NCBI GenBank assembly: GCA_044375465.1
Contig: JBILMN010000003.1
Location: forward strand, 7,587-71,586
DNA from: Oligoflexales bacterium
GTDB lineage: Bacteria; Bdellovibrionota_B; Oligoflexia; Oligoflexales; RGVZ01
DNA length: 64,000 bases
Direction: 5' to 3'
The position numbers and the translations under genes were made by a program. The notes beneath the pieces are model-generated. The model saw only the letters and a program-made list of their open reading frames with translations, was not told the origin of the DNA and did not search any database. Below, in pieces: positions 1 to 8,980 of the stretch. The number at the start of each line of letters is the position of its first letter. Positions within the stretch are counted from its first letter, which is position 1.

Positions 1-124
1 AGGTTTCTGTCGCTCCCTGCGCAAAAATTATACAAGTGATGATTGGCTCGGAGAGAGATCATATCGTCTTACGACAGTGATTCCTAGGGTAAAAATATAG
101 CCCGCTGTAATGACTAGCAAACCT

Positions 125-1075
125 TTAATGAGATGAGTATGAGAGGACGTAGTGAAAACTTCCTGTGACAACTAAACGCTCTTTGCCCCAGCCTTTTGGC
201 AAAGGAGCAAATGGTGATGCCAATTTTATCGTCTTCAGCATGTTATCGTCCAACGTTTGATAACCTGATGAAGTGAGCACACGCGCCTTGCTGACGTGAC
301 CATCTCGCTCAATGGTCATTTCCAACTGTACAGCGCCCTGCAGCCCGCGCTGGATGGCGTCGGAGGGGTAAATCCATACCATTTCGATCTGTTTACGCAG
401 ACCCGTGAAGTAGGAAATATACCGAAAACTGGAGGTATTCATGTCAATACGATCACCCACAGCCACATCAGCTTCGATGTGCTCCATGTATCCACCCTTT
501 GGTGTTGCGAAGACATCCTGGGTTTTGTCCGGTAGCAGCCGCTCGTAGTTGTTGCGCGGTTTCGTCTTGATGTCACTAAAAGAAAGTGTGCCTGGGCCCG
601 TGAATGTCTGCGGCTTGAATTTTGCCATGGGCTGCGGGGGAATCGTCGTTTTTGAGTGATCGGTTGCCTCGCCAGACTTTGGTCCGGCATCCAGGCCCTT
701 CGAGTTGTTGATCATCCGATGAGCCAGTTTGGTTTCTTTGATGGTTTTGTGATCTTGAGCTCCCATGCTTGAGGGCGCAGTCGGCGCTTCGGTCTCAGTC
801 TGTTTTGTCTCGATGATGCGTTTGGCTTGGGCTGCGTCTTTCTTTAAAGAGCTCATCAATTTTTTTTCGGCCTGGGTCAGATCCCGAAACTTGACGGTGT
901 TGGAAGCGATCTGGGTGGTATTGCGCTCAACAAACCCCGCTGATAACCAGCTCAGCAAATGGATGATCACGGATAGCGCTAACGCGCCCCAGATCAGGCG
1001 AGGATCAATGGCAGGAATTCCATGCCACTTTCGCTCTGAGCGATCCCATTCGATTTTTATGCGGACAACAGCCAC
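125..1075 (-). CDS. TonB-family protein (membrane anchor + TonB C-terminal-like domain)
   Basis: 316-aa ORF with GTG start. N-terminal TM segment IWGALALSVIIHLLSWLSAGF, then a long charged linker. The C-terminus YPSDAIQRGLQGAVQLEMTIERDGHVSKARVLTSSGYQTLDDNMLKTIKLASPFAPLP fits the TonB_C pattern. Confidence 0.7.
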   Translation of the reverse strand: MAVVRIKIEWDRSERKWHGIPAIDPRLIWGALALSVIIHLLSWLSAGFVERNTTQIASNTVKFRDLTQAEKKLMSSLKKDAAQAKRIIETKQTETEAPTAPSSMGAQDHKTIKETKLAHRMINNSKGLDAGPKSGEATDHSKTTIPPQPMAKFKPQTFTGPGTLSFSDIKTKPRNNYERLLPDKTQDVFATPKGGYMEHIEADVAVGDRIDMNTSSFRYISYFTGLRKQIEMVWIYPSDAIQRGLQGAVQLEMTIERDGHVSKARVLTSSGYQTLDDNMLKTIKLASPFAPLPKGWGKERLVVTGSFHYVLSYSSH

Positions 1076-1459
1076 GGACTCTCTTTCGCTCTCAGGAAGG
1101 CTTTCAATAGGGAGTAACCATCACGAGTGTATCGGTAATTGGATCGTATTTCCAAGGCACAAGATCCCAACTAGGGGCACTTTGTTGGGAAAATTCCCGT
1201 TTTTTGTCTTTATTTTAATGAAATTTTACTGGTCACATTTCTAAACCAATTGATGTCAGAGATGAACTACTCTGATTACCGGAATGGTCAAGGAATGTCA
1301 CTGAATCAGACGTTTTGGCCGGGCATCGGTAGTCAACATGGCCTGCTATTGAATCATTTGACCGCATTTTGCCTCTGGCACGCTCAGTGCAACAACATCC
1401 TTGTAAATTGGTTGCAGAGTCTTGTGGCCATCATCGCCTGGTCAGGCAAAGGAGGATTT

Positions 1460-2110
1460 ATGGTGCGTGTCAGTCGTGGAGCTTTGCTCGGGGTACTTAT
1501 GTTGGCAGGATCGCAGTCGTATGCGCAGCAGTCAGTGATTTGGGATGTGAACTCACCCCAGACAATCATTGCTGGTACGGGTTGCCAAAAAGATGTGGAT
1601 GCATTCGCGTCCGCAAATGGAAACGACCTGGCGGTGGTTTTCACGCGCCTTGGTGTTGATCTGCCCGGTGGTGGGGGAGCTTCACTCGCAGACCGTAAAA
1701 ACTGCTCGGTACGCGTTCCTGCTGCCATTGCTCCAGGCGTGTATATTGGGACCCTGACGCAGCGTCTGAGTTATGGTGTCATCAAGACCGCAGGCAGCTC
1801 CGGCTCTCTGGCGACAAGAAGTTCGTTCTTCGGGTTTAATGTGAGTCCATACACTGTGAACCTGCCGTTTGGCTACGCTGCCAATCAGCCATTATTAACC
1901 AATCAACGTGTCGACCAGTTCTACGTGCGAACAACTCCTGATTGGATTCGTGGATGGTGCTCCTCAACACGAGCTCCGCGTGGATTTTACCAGGCAAACA
2001 TAGCGGTTCAGGGTCAGAAATCCAATGCTCGTGAGGACTTGATCATGTTCGTCGACGGACTAGATCTTAAGTATGAGGTCGGTGCTTCATTGGTGCGTTG
2101 TCAGCTTTGA
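1460..2110 (+). CDS. Secreted four-cysteine protein, DUF4360-like (paralogue A)
   Basis: Start refined to ATG 1460, preceded by AGGAGG at 1450-1455. Signal peptide MVRVSRGALLGVLMLAGSQSYA. Four Cys in GTGC / RKNCSVRV / WCSS / C-terminal RCQL, collinear with the next gene. Confidence 0.6.
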   Translation: MVRVSRGALLGVLMLAGSQSYAQQSVIWDVNSPQTIIAGTGCQKDVDAFASANGNDLAVVFTRLGVDLPGGGGASLADRKNCSVRVPAAIAPGVYIGTLTQRLSYGVIKTAGSSGSLATRSSFFGFNVSPYTVNLPFGYAANQPLLTNQRVDQFYVRTTPDWIRGWCSSTRAPRGFYQANIAVQGQKSNAREDLIMFVDGLDLKYEVGASLVRCQL

Positions 2111-2154
2111 TGAGACGGTGACTCGGTGTCATGCTAAACCCGGAGGATTTGATC

Positions 2155-2841
2155 ATGCGTTCATGGAATCTAGCGAAGCAACGGCTCGGACTGAAGTTTG
2201 GGTTGAGGTTTGGGGTGATGATCTGGAGTTTATGGACTTCAACCTCTCACGCGGCAGCCAAGCCTGTGCTGAATGATTGGTTTGCGTTAGGATCCGGTTG
2301 CCGCGCCAAATCAGATCTTCCGGGTAATGTTTCGATGGAGTCACTGCCACAGGATGCGAAGTCTGAGGGCGTGCACCGAGTTCGGTTTCACTTTGAACGG
2401 TTTGACTTGAGGGGCGAAGGCATAGATCCATCTTTGAAAAAATTCGGTCGCGAATGTGCTGTCAGGCTGAATATCAATCCGCCCGCTGGAAAACGCATTG
2501 TTGGACTCCGCGCCTTGACGAAAGTTTTTGCGCGCAAGGATCCCGGTCCGGCGTTAGATCTTTTGACAGAGTTAAAACTGGGATCTGCGTCCTTGGGCGT
2601 CGTGCAGCGGCGACTTGATAATAGCGCTACCGTGGCTGCCCGCGAGGAGGTGATCGATCTGCGTGCTGGTGAGGGGGCCGGAGAACCACTGCCTCAACTT
2701 GGTTGTGGGGAACCAAAAATTATCGGTTTTGACTATTCATGGGTCGTGACCCGTGACAAATCCCAAAAAGGAGGTCTCAATGTCGCTCTTGGTCGTGAAA
2801 AAACTCTGACTATCGAAGCGACGCTCGCCGACTGTCAATGA
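2155..2841 (+). CDS. Secreted four-cysteine protein, DUF4360-like (paralogue B)
   Basis: ATG 2155 preceded by GGAGGA at 2142-2147. Signal-like N-terminus. Four Cys in GSGC / GRECAVRL / LGCGEP / C-terminal DCQ, at the same relative positions as in 1460-2110. Confidence 0.6.
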   Translation: MRSWNLAKQRLGLKFGLRFGVMIWSLWTSTSHAAAKPVLNDWFALGSGCRAKSDLPGNVSMESLPQDAKSEGVHRVRFHFERFDLRGEGIDPSLKKFGRECAVRLNINPPAGKRIVGLRALTKVFARKDPGPALDLLTELKLGSASLGVVQRRLDNSATVAAREEVIDLRAGEGAGEPLPQLGCGEPKIIGFDYSWVVTRDKSQKGGLNVALGREKTLTIEATLADCQ

Positions 2842-3599
2842 ACCGGTGACATAGGTTGACTGTAAGGTAGCGGGACGGACGTTAAAGTTTCAAACAACAA
2901 AGCATGTTCCCAAGGGGCGGGGTAGGTGGTTTCAGCCTCTGGCGTGTAACCGGGGCGCTCACTGTGTGAGACTGGGGCTACGGTGCGACCGATTTTGTAT
3001 GTACAATCCGCCAAACCTACATAGTTCCATTCACCGTCGCGGTTTGATGGTGTCAGCGTTAGGATTAAAGCAGCCACAGACTCAGACCAACCCTCCTCTT
3101 GGGCGATCCATGGATTGGATGGTAGGGCACGCGCGTAGTGCTCCCGGCGCTCTGCGGTGTGGATCTGCTCTATAAAGGACTGATAGCTGGAAAGTTGCGT
3201 CGCAATGTTGCCGAACCAAGCGTGAAAAAGCTCGTTATAGAACGAGGCCCATTCATGCTTTGTCCAAGCCAAAGGGTTCGATGCCGATGGCATGTAAATG
3301 GTTCCACCAGAAGGTACTGAGGGTTTGTAGGTGGGCCAATCTCCCTCAAGGACCTGGATTTCGGCTCCAGCCTCAATCAACTCGCGAAAATAGCGGAGCG
3401 GTAACTGCCGCAGTGCGGCCGCGCGCATATAAGGCATCAGGGCGTGGTTTTGGTTCAAATGACTATCGCTAGGTATCATTACTGGCCAAAACCGATCGTG
3501 GTCTCCACGGGCAATCGGCGCATGGGATAAAACGAACAATAAAAGAATCGCTAGAATTCGGTCTACGGTGCCGAGATACTTGAAATTGGTGTGTTTCAT
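2835..3599 (-). CDS. Hypothetical secreted protein
   Basis: 254-aa ORF with ATG start and signal-like N-terminus ILAILLLFVLSHAPIARG. No family recognised. Its 3' end overlaps the convergent gene by 7 bp. Confidence 0.5.
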   Translation of the reverse strand: MKHTNFKYLGTVDRILAILLLFVLSHAPIARGDHDRFWPVMIPSDSHLNQNHALMPYMRAAALRQLPLRYFRELIEAGAEIQVLEGDWPTYKPSVPSGGTIYMPSASNPLAWTKHEWASFYNELFHAWFGNIATQLSSYQSFIEQIHTAERREHYARALPSNPWIAQEEGWSESVAALILTLTPSNRDGEWNYVGLADCTYKIGRTVAPVSHSERPGYTPEAETTYPAPWEHALLFETLTSVPLPYSQPMSPVH

Positions 3600-3841
3600 A
3601 GAATGATTCCAGAAGCCGAAAGGAGTCCGAGTGATCGAGATGCCTCTGGTTCTAATGGCATCTCCCGAAAATTCAAGCGCTTTCGTTTAATGACTTAAAA
3701 ATAAGCATCATCGCATCCACCTGTAAATGTCATGAGCTGATGGGGTCGGTTCCGTGACCTACGTACAATGGCGGGTTGACTTGGTTGGATCACTGTGTGA
3801 GTCTAATCGTTCAAATTCAAGGTTTTCAAGGGGTTGAATTA

Positions 3842-4621
3842 ATGTCGCGTCTGTTTCATCGAAACAATCTGCCCGCCATTCGTCTGTGTGCATTCGTTTT
3901 CATGCTCGCATGTCATGCATGCGTCGAGAAGGAGTTTGATCCTAATGACCCAAAGAAATCATTCGGCATAGCCAAAGAGCCATTTGACGATGGTCACTAC
4001 GACGAAGCCATCAAAAAGCTTGGTGAATTCAAGTCGAGGTTCCCTTACAGCCAGTTTGCCACTGAAGCCGAGCTTTTGATTGCTGACAGTCACTATCAGC
4101 TCGAGCATTTTCAGGAGTCCGCTGCTGCCTATGAGACCTTTGTGAAGCTCCATCCCAAACATCCAAAGTCTGATTATGCCACATACCGTATCGCTGAAAG
4201 TTACTGGGAAGACGCGCCAAGTGCGGAGAGTCGTGAGCAGGAATATACTGAGAAAGCCGTTAAGCAGTGGGAGGAGGTCATTGAGAGGTATCCGACGACG
4301 CCCTTTGCTGCCAAAGCCAAAGACATGATCGCGCAGGGGCGTCGGCGACTCGCCGAAAGTGTGCGTTTTGTTGCGAGATTCTACTGTACTCAGGAAGTTT
4401 GGCACGCATGCGCCTACCGTTACACTCAGCTTTTGGAAAAATTCCCTGAACAAAAAGATATTACCAATGAGGCATTGGATCGTGCTGCGTTTGCTTTGGA
4501 ACGTGTGGCTGAGGCCAAGGAAAAAGACCCAGCAAGCGACAAAAACCTCTATCATCGATCGATGAATCCGCAGCAGATTCGCGAAAAGGCGGCAAATTTG
4601 CGTCGATTGATGAAAGGCTAA
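3842..4621 (+). CDS. bamD: Outer membrane protein assembly factor BamD (TPR lipoprotein)
   Basis: Start refined to ATG 3842. Lipobox-like FMLAC. TPR-like YDEAIKKLGEFKSRFPYSQFATEAELLIADSHYQLEHFQESAAAYETFVKLHPKHPKSDYATYRIAESYW is typical of BamD/YfiO. Confidence 0.8.
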   Translation: MSRLFHRNNLPAIRLCAFVFMLACHACVEKEFDPNDPKKSFGIAKEPFDDGHYDEAIKKLGEFKSRFPYSQFATEAELLIADSHYQLEHFQESAAAYETFVKLHPKHPKSDYATYRIAESYWEDAPSAESREQEYTEKAVKQWEEVIERYPTTPFAAKAKDMIAQGRRRLAESVRFVARFYCTQEVWHACAYRYTQLLEKFPEQKDITNEALDRAAFALERVAEAKEKDPASDKNLYHRSMNPQQIREKAANLRRLMKG

Positions 4622-4639
4622 CGGAGTCAAATCAGGTCA

Positions 4640-6496
4640 ATGGCGGGACATCAGCGACAAGTCATGAGGCCGACCCCTTCGCAAATGGGGCCATTTCTTC
4701 TATCGGTCTGTCTCGCACTGATTTCGGCTTTTGCCATCGCTCGGATGGTGGTTCTGCGCGATTTTGGGCGTGATGTTGCCGATGCGATTCGGGAGACGTC
4801 TAATGCCATGCAATTATCCTCCCAGATTCGTGATCGTCATGGTGATCCCTTGGGGGTTTTTAGTGATGAGACGCGCTATGTGGTGCCTCTGTCACAGATT
4901 CCTCAAAACGTGCGACAGGCATTCATTGCAGCAGAGGATTCCGGTTTTTTCAGGCATTTTGGTATCAGCCCTGTTGGTGTTTTGAGGGCGGTTGTGGCGA
5001 ACATGAGTCGTGATCGTTTTGCTCAGGGGGGGAGCACGATCACCCAGCAGTTGGTCAGGCAGTTACTGTTGGGCCGGGAAAAGACCGTAGCGCGCAAAAT
5101 ACGTGAAATTGTACTTGCCATCGAACTGGAACGCCACATGTCGAAGTCCGAGATTTTAGAGACGTGGCTCAACTGCGTTTATCTCGGCAACAACGCTTGG
5201 GGCATCGAGACCGCGGCGAGGCACTATTTCGGCAAACATGTACAGGAACTGACGATGGCCGAGGCTGCCATGCTTGCTGGTTTACCGCAGGCACCATCGC
5301 GGTACGCACCCCATTTGCATCCTGAACTGGCCCGGAAGCGTCAGTTGTATGTGCTCAAGAGGCTCAAAGATCTTCGATGGGTCGGAATGGCGGAATACCA
5401 GACTGCCAAGTCAGATCGATTACACATTCAGTCCTCTAGAGTCGCATCCTCTGAACAGGCACCGTGGGTGACTGAGGCTGTGCGCCTGGAGCTTTGGCGC
5501 AGACTCGAACAAAAAAACTTGCCACGGACAGGTCTGATCATCAATACATCCATCGAACGTTCATGGCAGCAGTCCCTTCAGTCTTTGATCAGGAAGAATT
5601 TTACTTCGATCCGAAAATCCGGTCTGGAGTTGGCTGTGGTCGTTCTGGATACGAAATCCGGAGAGACTAGGGCATTGGTTGGCGGAAGTGATTTTCGCAA
5701 AAATCAGTTTAATCGTGCCACCGATCTGTATCGACCTGTGGGGGCCGCCATATATCCATTGATTTTTGCCTGGGCCATGGAGCAAGGCATTATGAGTGTG
5801 GACGGATACGGTTCCCTAGCTGAGGCTGCTGTGAAGAGTCGGTTTGCCGAGGCTGAGCAGCTTGCTCCAGAAATGGGTTACGGGCTTGTGCGAGAAAAGC
5901 TGATGGGCCATGGTTATGTGGTAAAGGATGCCATGGCAATTGATGAAATGCATGGAAGTCCTTTGTCTCTCGCGCGCTCATACCTTGCGTTGACAGGCAC
6001 AAGTGAGGGACAAAATCGTGGTTTGATCAGTGATGTGCGTACGGAAGGGCGACTCATTTTTTCTGCCCAGGACGTTGGGCGTGCTGCTGGCATGCAAAAC
6101 TTTACGGGACGTACCAACAAAAATCATGCCGCACTGTCTTGGGTGATCCGTCAGTGGATGTCCATCGGTGCGCGTTCTGACTCGGAGGCGCTGGCGGCAC
6201 AGCCTTTACTGAAGGCGATTAAGGGTTGGAACGCATGGTGGGTGATCCCTCGTCATGATGTTGTCATTGCCGCATGGGTTGGAGCCGATCAGAAGGAACC
6301 AAGAAGTCCATCAGATTTGCGTGCTGCAGATACGACGATGGATGCCACGATCGCCGGATGGATTGCGGCAAACTTATCCGAGCAGTCAGGATTTGGTGAT
6401 AGGCCTGAGGGTATCAGTTATCAGCTGACGCCTGGCAACGGTCGTCATTCAGACGCCCGATTGCCGTTTTTGACGTCGGGTCACGGAACGTTCTGA
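4640..6496 (+). CDS. Class A penicillin-binding protein homologue: GT51 glycosyltransferase intact, transpeptidase motifs degenerate
   Basis: GT51 motifs present: EDSGFFRHFGISP, GGSTITQQLVRQL, RKIREIVLAIELE, LAGLPQAPSRY. The expected RxPGSxFKP reads RPVGAAIYP (5732-5758). The expected KTGT reads KGWN (6221-6232). Confidence 0.8.
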   Translation: MAGHQRQVMRPTPSQMGPFLLSVCLALISAFAIARMVVLRDFGRDVADAIRETSNAMQLSSQIRDRHGDPLGVFSDETRYVVPLSQIPQNVRQAFIAAEDSGFFRHFGISPVGVLRAVVANMSRDRFAQGGSTITQQLVRQLLLGREKTVARKIREIVLAIELERHMSKSEILETWLNCVYLGNNAWGIETAARHYFGKHVQELTMAEAAMLAGLPQAPSRYAPHLHPELARKRQLYVLKRLKDLRWVGMAEYQTAKSDRLHIQSSRVASSEQAPWVTEAVRLELWRRLEQKNLPRTGLIINTSIERSWQQSLQSLIRKNFTSIRKSGLELAVVVLDTKSGETRALVGGSDFRKNQFNRATDLYRPVGAAIYPLIFAWAMEQGIMSVDGYGSLAEAAVKSRFAEAEQLAPEMGYGLVREKLMGHGYVVKDAMAIDEMHGSPLSLARSYLALTGTSEGQNRGLISDVRTEGRLIFSAQDVGRAAGMQNFTGRTNKNHAALSWVIRQWMSIGARSDSEALAAQPLLKAIKGWNAWWVIPRHDVVIAAWVGADQKEPRSPSDLRAADTTMDATIAGWIAANLSEQSGFGDRPEGISYQLTPGNGRHSDARLPFLTSGHGTF

Positions 6497-8967
6497 TGAT
6501 GTCTTACGTATTACTCCTTGGCACTATTTGCAGCATCCTGATTCATGCAGGGATGAGCCAAGCTGCTGGAGAACGCGAACTGGCAGTCCTCAATGCTGAA
6601 CGCCAATCCCTACGCCGACCAACTGTGACTGCACCGCGAGACTTGAATCAAAGGGATGGTCTGACGCCAGAAGAGACCGAAATTTTGGCGCCACTGATTG
6701 CAGCGACAGAATTTAAACAGACTGAGTTGGCAGCTCGTGATTTTTGGCGTGCGCCAATTATGAAAGCTCTGGCTGATCTTTATCGTGGTTCTCAAAGCGA
6801 ATCTTTTGATCAAGATGATGAGTGGATTTCAAGTTTTACCGAGACAAGTCCAAATGAGGAGTTGGATCAGTATTTTGATCAGTATTTTGATCAGCGGTTC
6901 GGTAAACGGTCTGATAAACATTCCAATTATGGCGCAGAAAATACTCAAATCAGACTTTCTGCGACGCCCATCGTTTTTTTGAGTCAAACTGGTTTTCGAC
7001 GCCTACAAACGTCAGAAGAATTGATGGTCGCGTCCGGACGTGATTTGTTGGGGTCAGTACCCGTAGCTGATTTTTGTGAAACCAAGCCAGGGCGGGATTT
7101 GCCTGTGGATTTTTCGGCAAGATTTTCGCCATGGGATTTTGGCGCAGCGCTTGCAAGCTCCACAAGATTAGACGCCACATTGATGGACCTTGCACTGCAG
7201 CCTGATCCGTTTGATCCGATGGATTCAAAGGTTGCAGCCAATGAGGCTGATGACAACGATGACTTTGACGTCATTGACGATTCGCTCGATCATGCGGATT
7301 CAGATGATGGTGACGAGTTGGATGATGCTCCTTTGCCGGATGATGAAGACGGATGGAAGGGTGTGCTAGCGCAGTTTGAGGACCGAATCAAAAAGCGCAA
7401 GCTGAGTCTTACAGAATTTACCGCGAAAATTCGCGGTCAAAAGTCTTTGAGTCAATCGATCAGACGGTTTGTGATTGCCGCGGCTGTCGCTTCTGTTGAG
7501 TTGCAAAAATCCTGTAAGATTCGCGGCGGAGCGTGGTCGGAGATGGTCTGGGATGGGGCTCACGCTTTAGATTTTTTTGCTTGCAGATCACTGAAGGGAG
7601 ACGTTCTTGGCCCGCGGCTCACCGTGGAGAACGGTGATATGAGCGAAGGTCAGATTGCTTTCTCTACGCGTGCAGGGGACGTCGAGTTTGTGGGCGTGCT
7701 TGCCTCTGGCACGACCATGCTGAAAGCCGGGATGTTACAAGCGGGCAAAACCATTGGGTTTGAGTACTTGTTTGGGACGGGGGGACAGATCCGGGCGGCC
7801 AGGAATTTCAATCGTTTCAATGGAGCTTGGTTTTTTTTCGATCAGAAGAAAAATTTGGATTTCGTCCAAAACATTCCCTTCGACCGGGCACACATCGACG
7901 TAAGCTTCTACGGCGACGGTCGTCTGCGAGGGTTTTCCCATATGAACGCAGCGTCAAAGGTTGATTACGTGGCGTCATTTTATGCGTCTGGACAACCAAG
8001 ATTTTACCTGCCGATCAGTGATGGCAAGCCAAATGGAACTTTATATTGGTGGCATCCGTCGGGCCAACTTGCTGGAGAACTCACTTACGTATCTGGCAAA
8101 CGATTTGGCGATGGTCGCCTGATCTATCCCAACGGTATTGAGGGTTTTCGGGCAGGCTATGCTGACGATCGGCCTCATGGGCGTATGATTTGGCGCGACC
8201 CGGCTGGCAACGTTCTTTTTTCCCTCGGGTATGTCGCTGGAAAAGCCCATGGCATCATGGAAATCAAACAAGGTGAACGATTGGTCGGCAGTGTTCGCTT
8301 CGATGGAGGCACTGTAGATGGAATCATCAACCTTAGAAACGCTCGCGGCGTGATCGTGGCTGAGATTCCTTACAAAGGGGGATTGCTCAATGGCGATGTG
8401 ATATTCAGAGATGCCGGAGGCATGATTCGGGCTAAGTCAAGGTGGGTTGATGGACAGGCTGATGGCGCGACTGAGGCCTACTATGTTTCGGGTGGTCTGG
8501 CATCACGTTGTCAATTTGCCAATGGGCAATTGATCGATTGGTCATCTCTCCGACCAGATGGCACACCTCGCTATCGCGGTTCATCCAAGGATCCATCACG
8601 AGGTATAGCTGACATCGATTTTTTTGCAGGCGGCAATGTCTCTTTGATCCGATGTCACACCAAAGAATGGATCATCGACCAGTGTGGCTCAGCTGGCAAA
8701 ACCCAAGTTTTGGCCCCAGAAATGAGGGTTCTGATGGGGCATGTCATGGATCCGGGAGACTTGCAATTCAAGCCAGAGCGCTGCGGTGGCGCTTCTCGGG
8801 CAATGGATGTGACGGATTTTGTTGATCAGTCTCGCGGCCACATGAGCATCAATTACCGGGTCAAGGAGCTTTGTCGAGGTGCCGATCTTGCGACGGGTCT
8901 TCAGTGCGAAGTGGCTTTCAGTGGAAAACAGTGGTCGATCAAGTCCTGTGTATTGACCGACGATTAG
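6496..8967 (+). CDS. Secreted MORN-variant (YwqK-like) repeat protein with acidic region
   Basis: 823 aa. The ATG overlaps the PBP stop (TGATG). Signal peptide MMSYVLLLGTICSILIHAGMSQA. Acidic tract DDNDDFDVIDDSLDHADSDDGDELDD. C-terminal half carries repeated Y..G.....G....Y..G units, e.g. YASGQPRFYLPISDGKPNGTLYWWHPSGQLAGELTYVSGKRFGDGRLIYPNG. Confidence 0.7.
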   Translation: MMSYVLLLGTICSILIHAGMSQAAGERELAVLNAERQSLRRPTVTAPRDLNQRDGLTPEETEILAPLIAATEFKQTELAARDFWRAPIMKALADLYRGSQSESFDQDDEWISSFTETSPNEELDQYFDQYFDQRFGKRSDKHSNYGAENTQIRLSATPIVFLSQTGFRRLQTSEELMVASGRDLLGSVPVADFCETKPGRDLPVDFSARFSPWDFGAALASSTRLDATLMDLALQPDPFDPMDSKVAANEADDNDDFDVIDDSLDHADSDDGDELDDAPLPDDEDGWKGVLAQFEDRIKKRKLSLTEFTAKIRGQKSLSQSIRRFVIAAAVASVELQKSCKIRGGAWSEMVWDGAHALDFFACRSLKGDVLGPRLTVENGDMSEGQIAFSTRAGDVEFVGVLASGTTMLKAGMLQAGKTIGFEYLFGTGGQIRAARNFNRFNGAWFFFDQKKNLDFVQNIPFDRAHIDVSFYGDGRLRGFSHMNAASKVDYVASFYASGQPRFYLPISDGKPNGTLYWWHPSGQLAGELTYVSGKRFGDGRLIYPNGIEGFRAGYADDRPHGRMIWRDPAGNVLFSLGYVAGKAHGIMEIKQGERLVGSVRFDGGTVDGIINLRNARGVIVAEIPYKGGLLNGDVIFRDAGGMIRAKSRWVDGQADGATEAYYVSGGLASRCQFANGQLIDWSSLRPDGTPRYRGSSKDPSRGIADIDFFAGGNVSLIRCHTKEWIIDQCGSAGKTQVLAPEMRVLMGHVMDPGDLQFKPERCGGASRAMDVTDFVDQSRGHMSINYRVKELCRGADLATGLQCEVAFSGKQWSIKSCVLTDD

Positions 8968-8980
8968 CGATTCTTTCTGA

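Noticed and set aside
3637-3664. 8-bp-stem hairpin GAGATGCC-N12-GGCATCTC in the gap upstream of bamD
   Set aside because: The stem is short, the loop is large and there is no T-tract. This is not enough to call a terminator or a regulatory structure.
3959-4630. 223-aa ORF antisense to bamD
   Set aside because: It fully overlaps a well-supported BamD CDS on the other strand, and it has no recognisable motifs or SD.
6865-6900. 12-bp tandem repeat GATCAGTATTTT x2 (+ a diverged third unit)
   Set aside because: It is an in-frame coding repeat (DQYFDQYFDQRF) inside the MORN protein, so it is a simple slippage-type feature and not a separate element.
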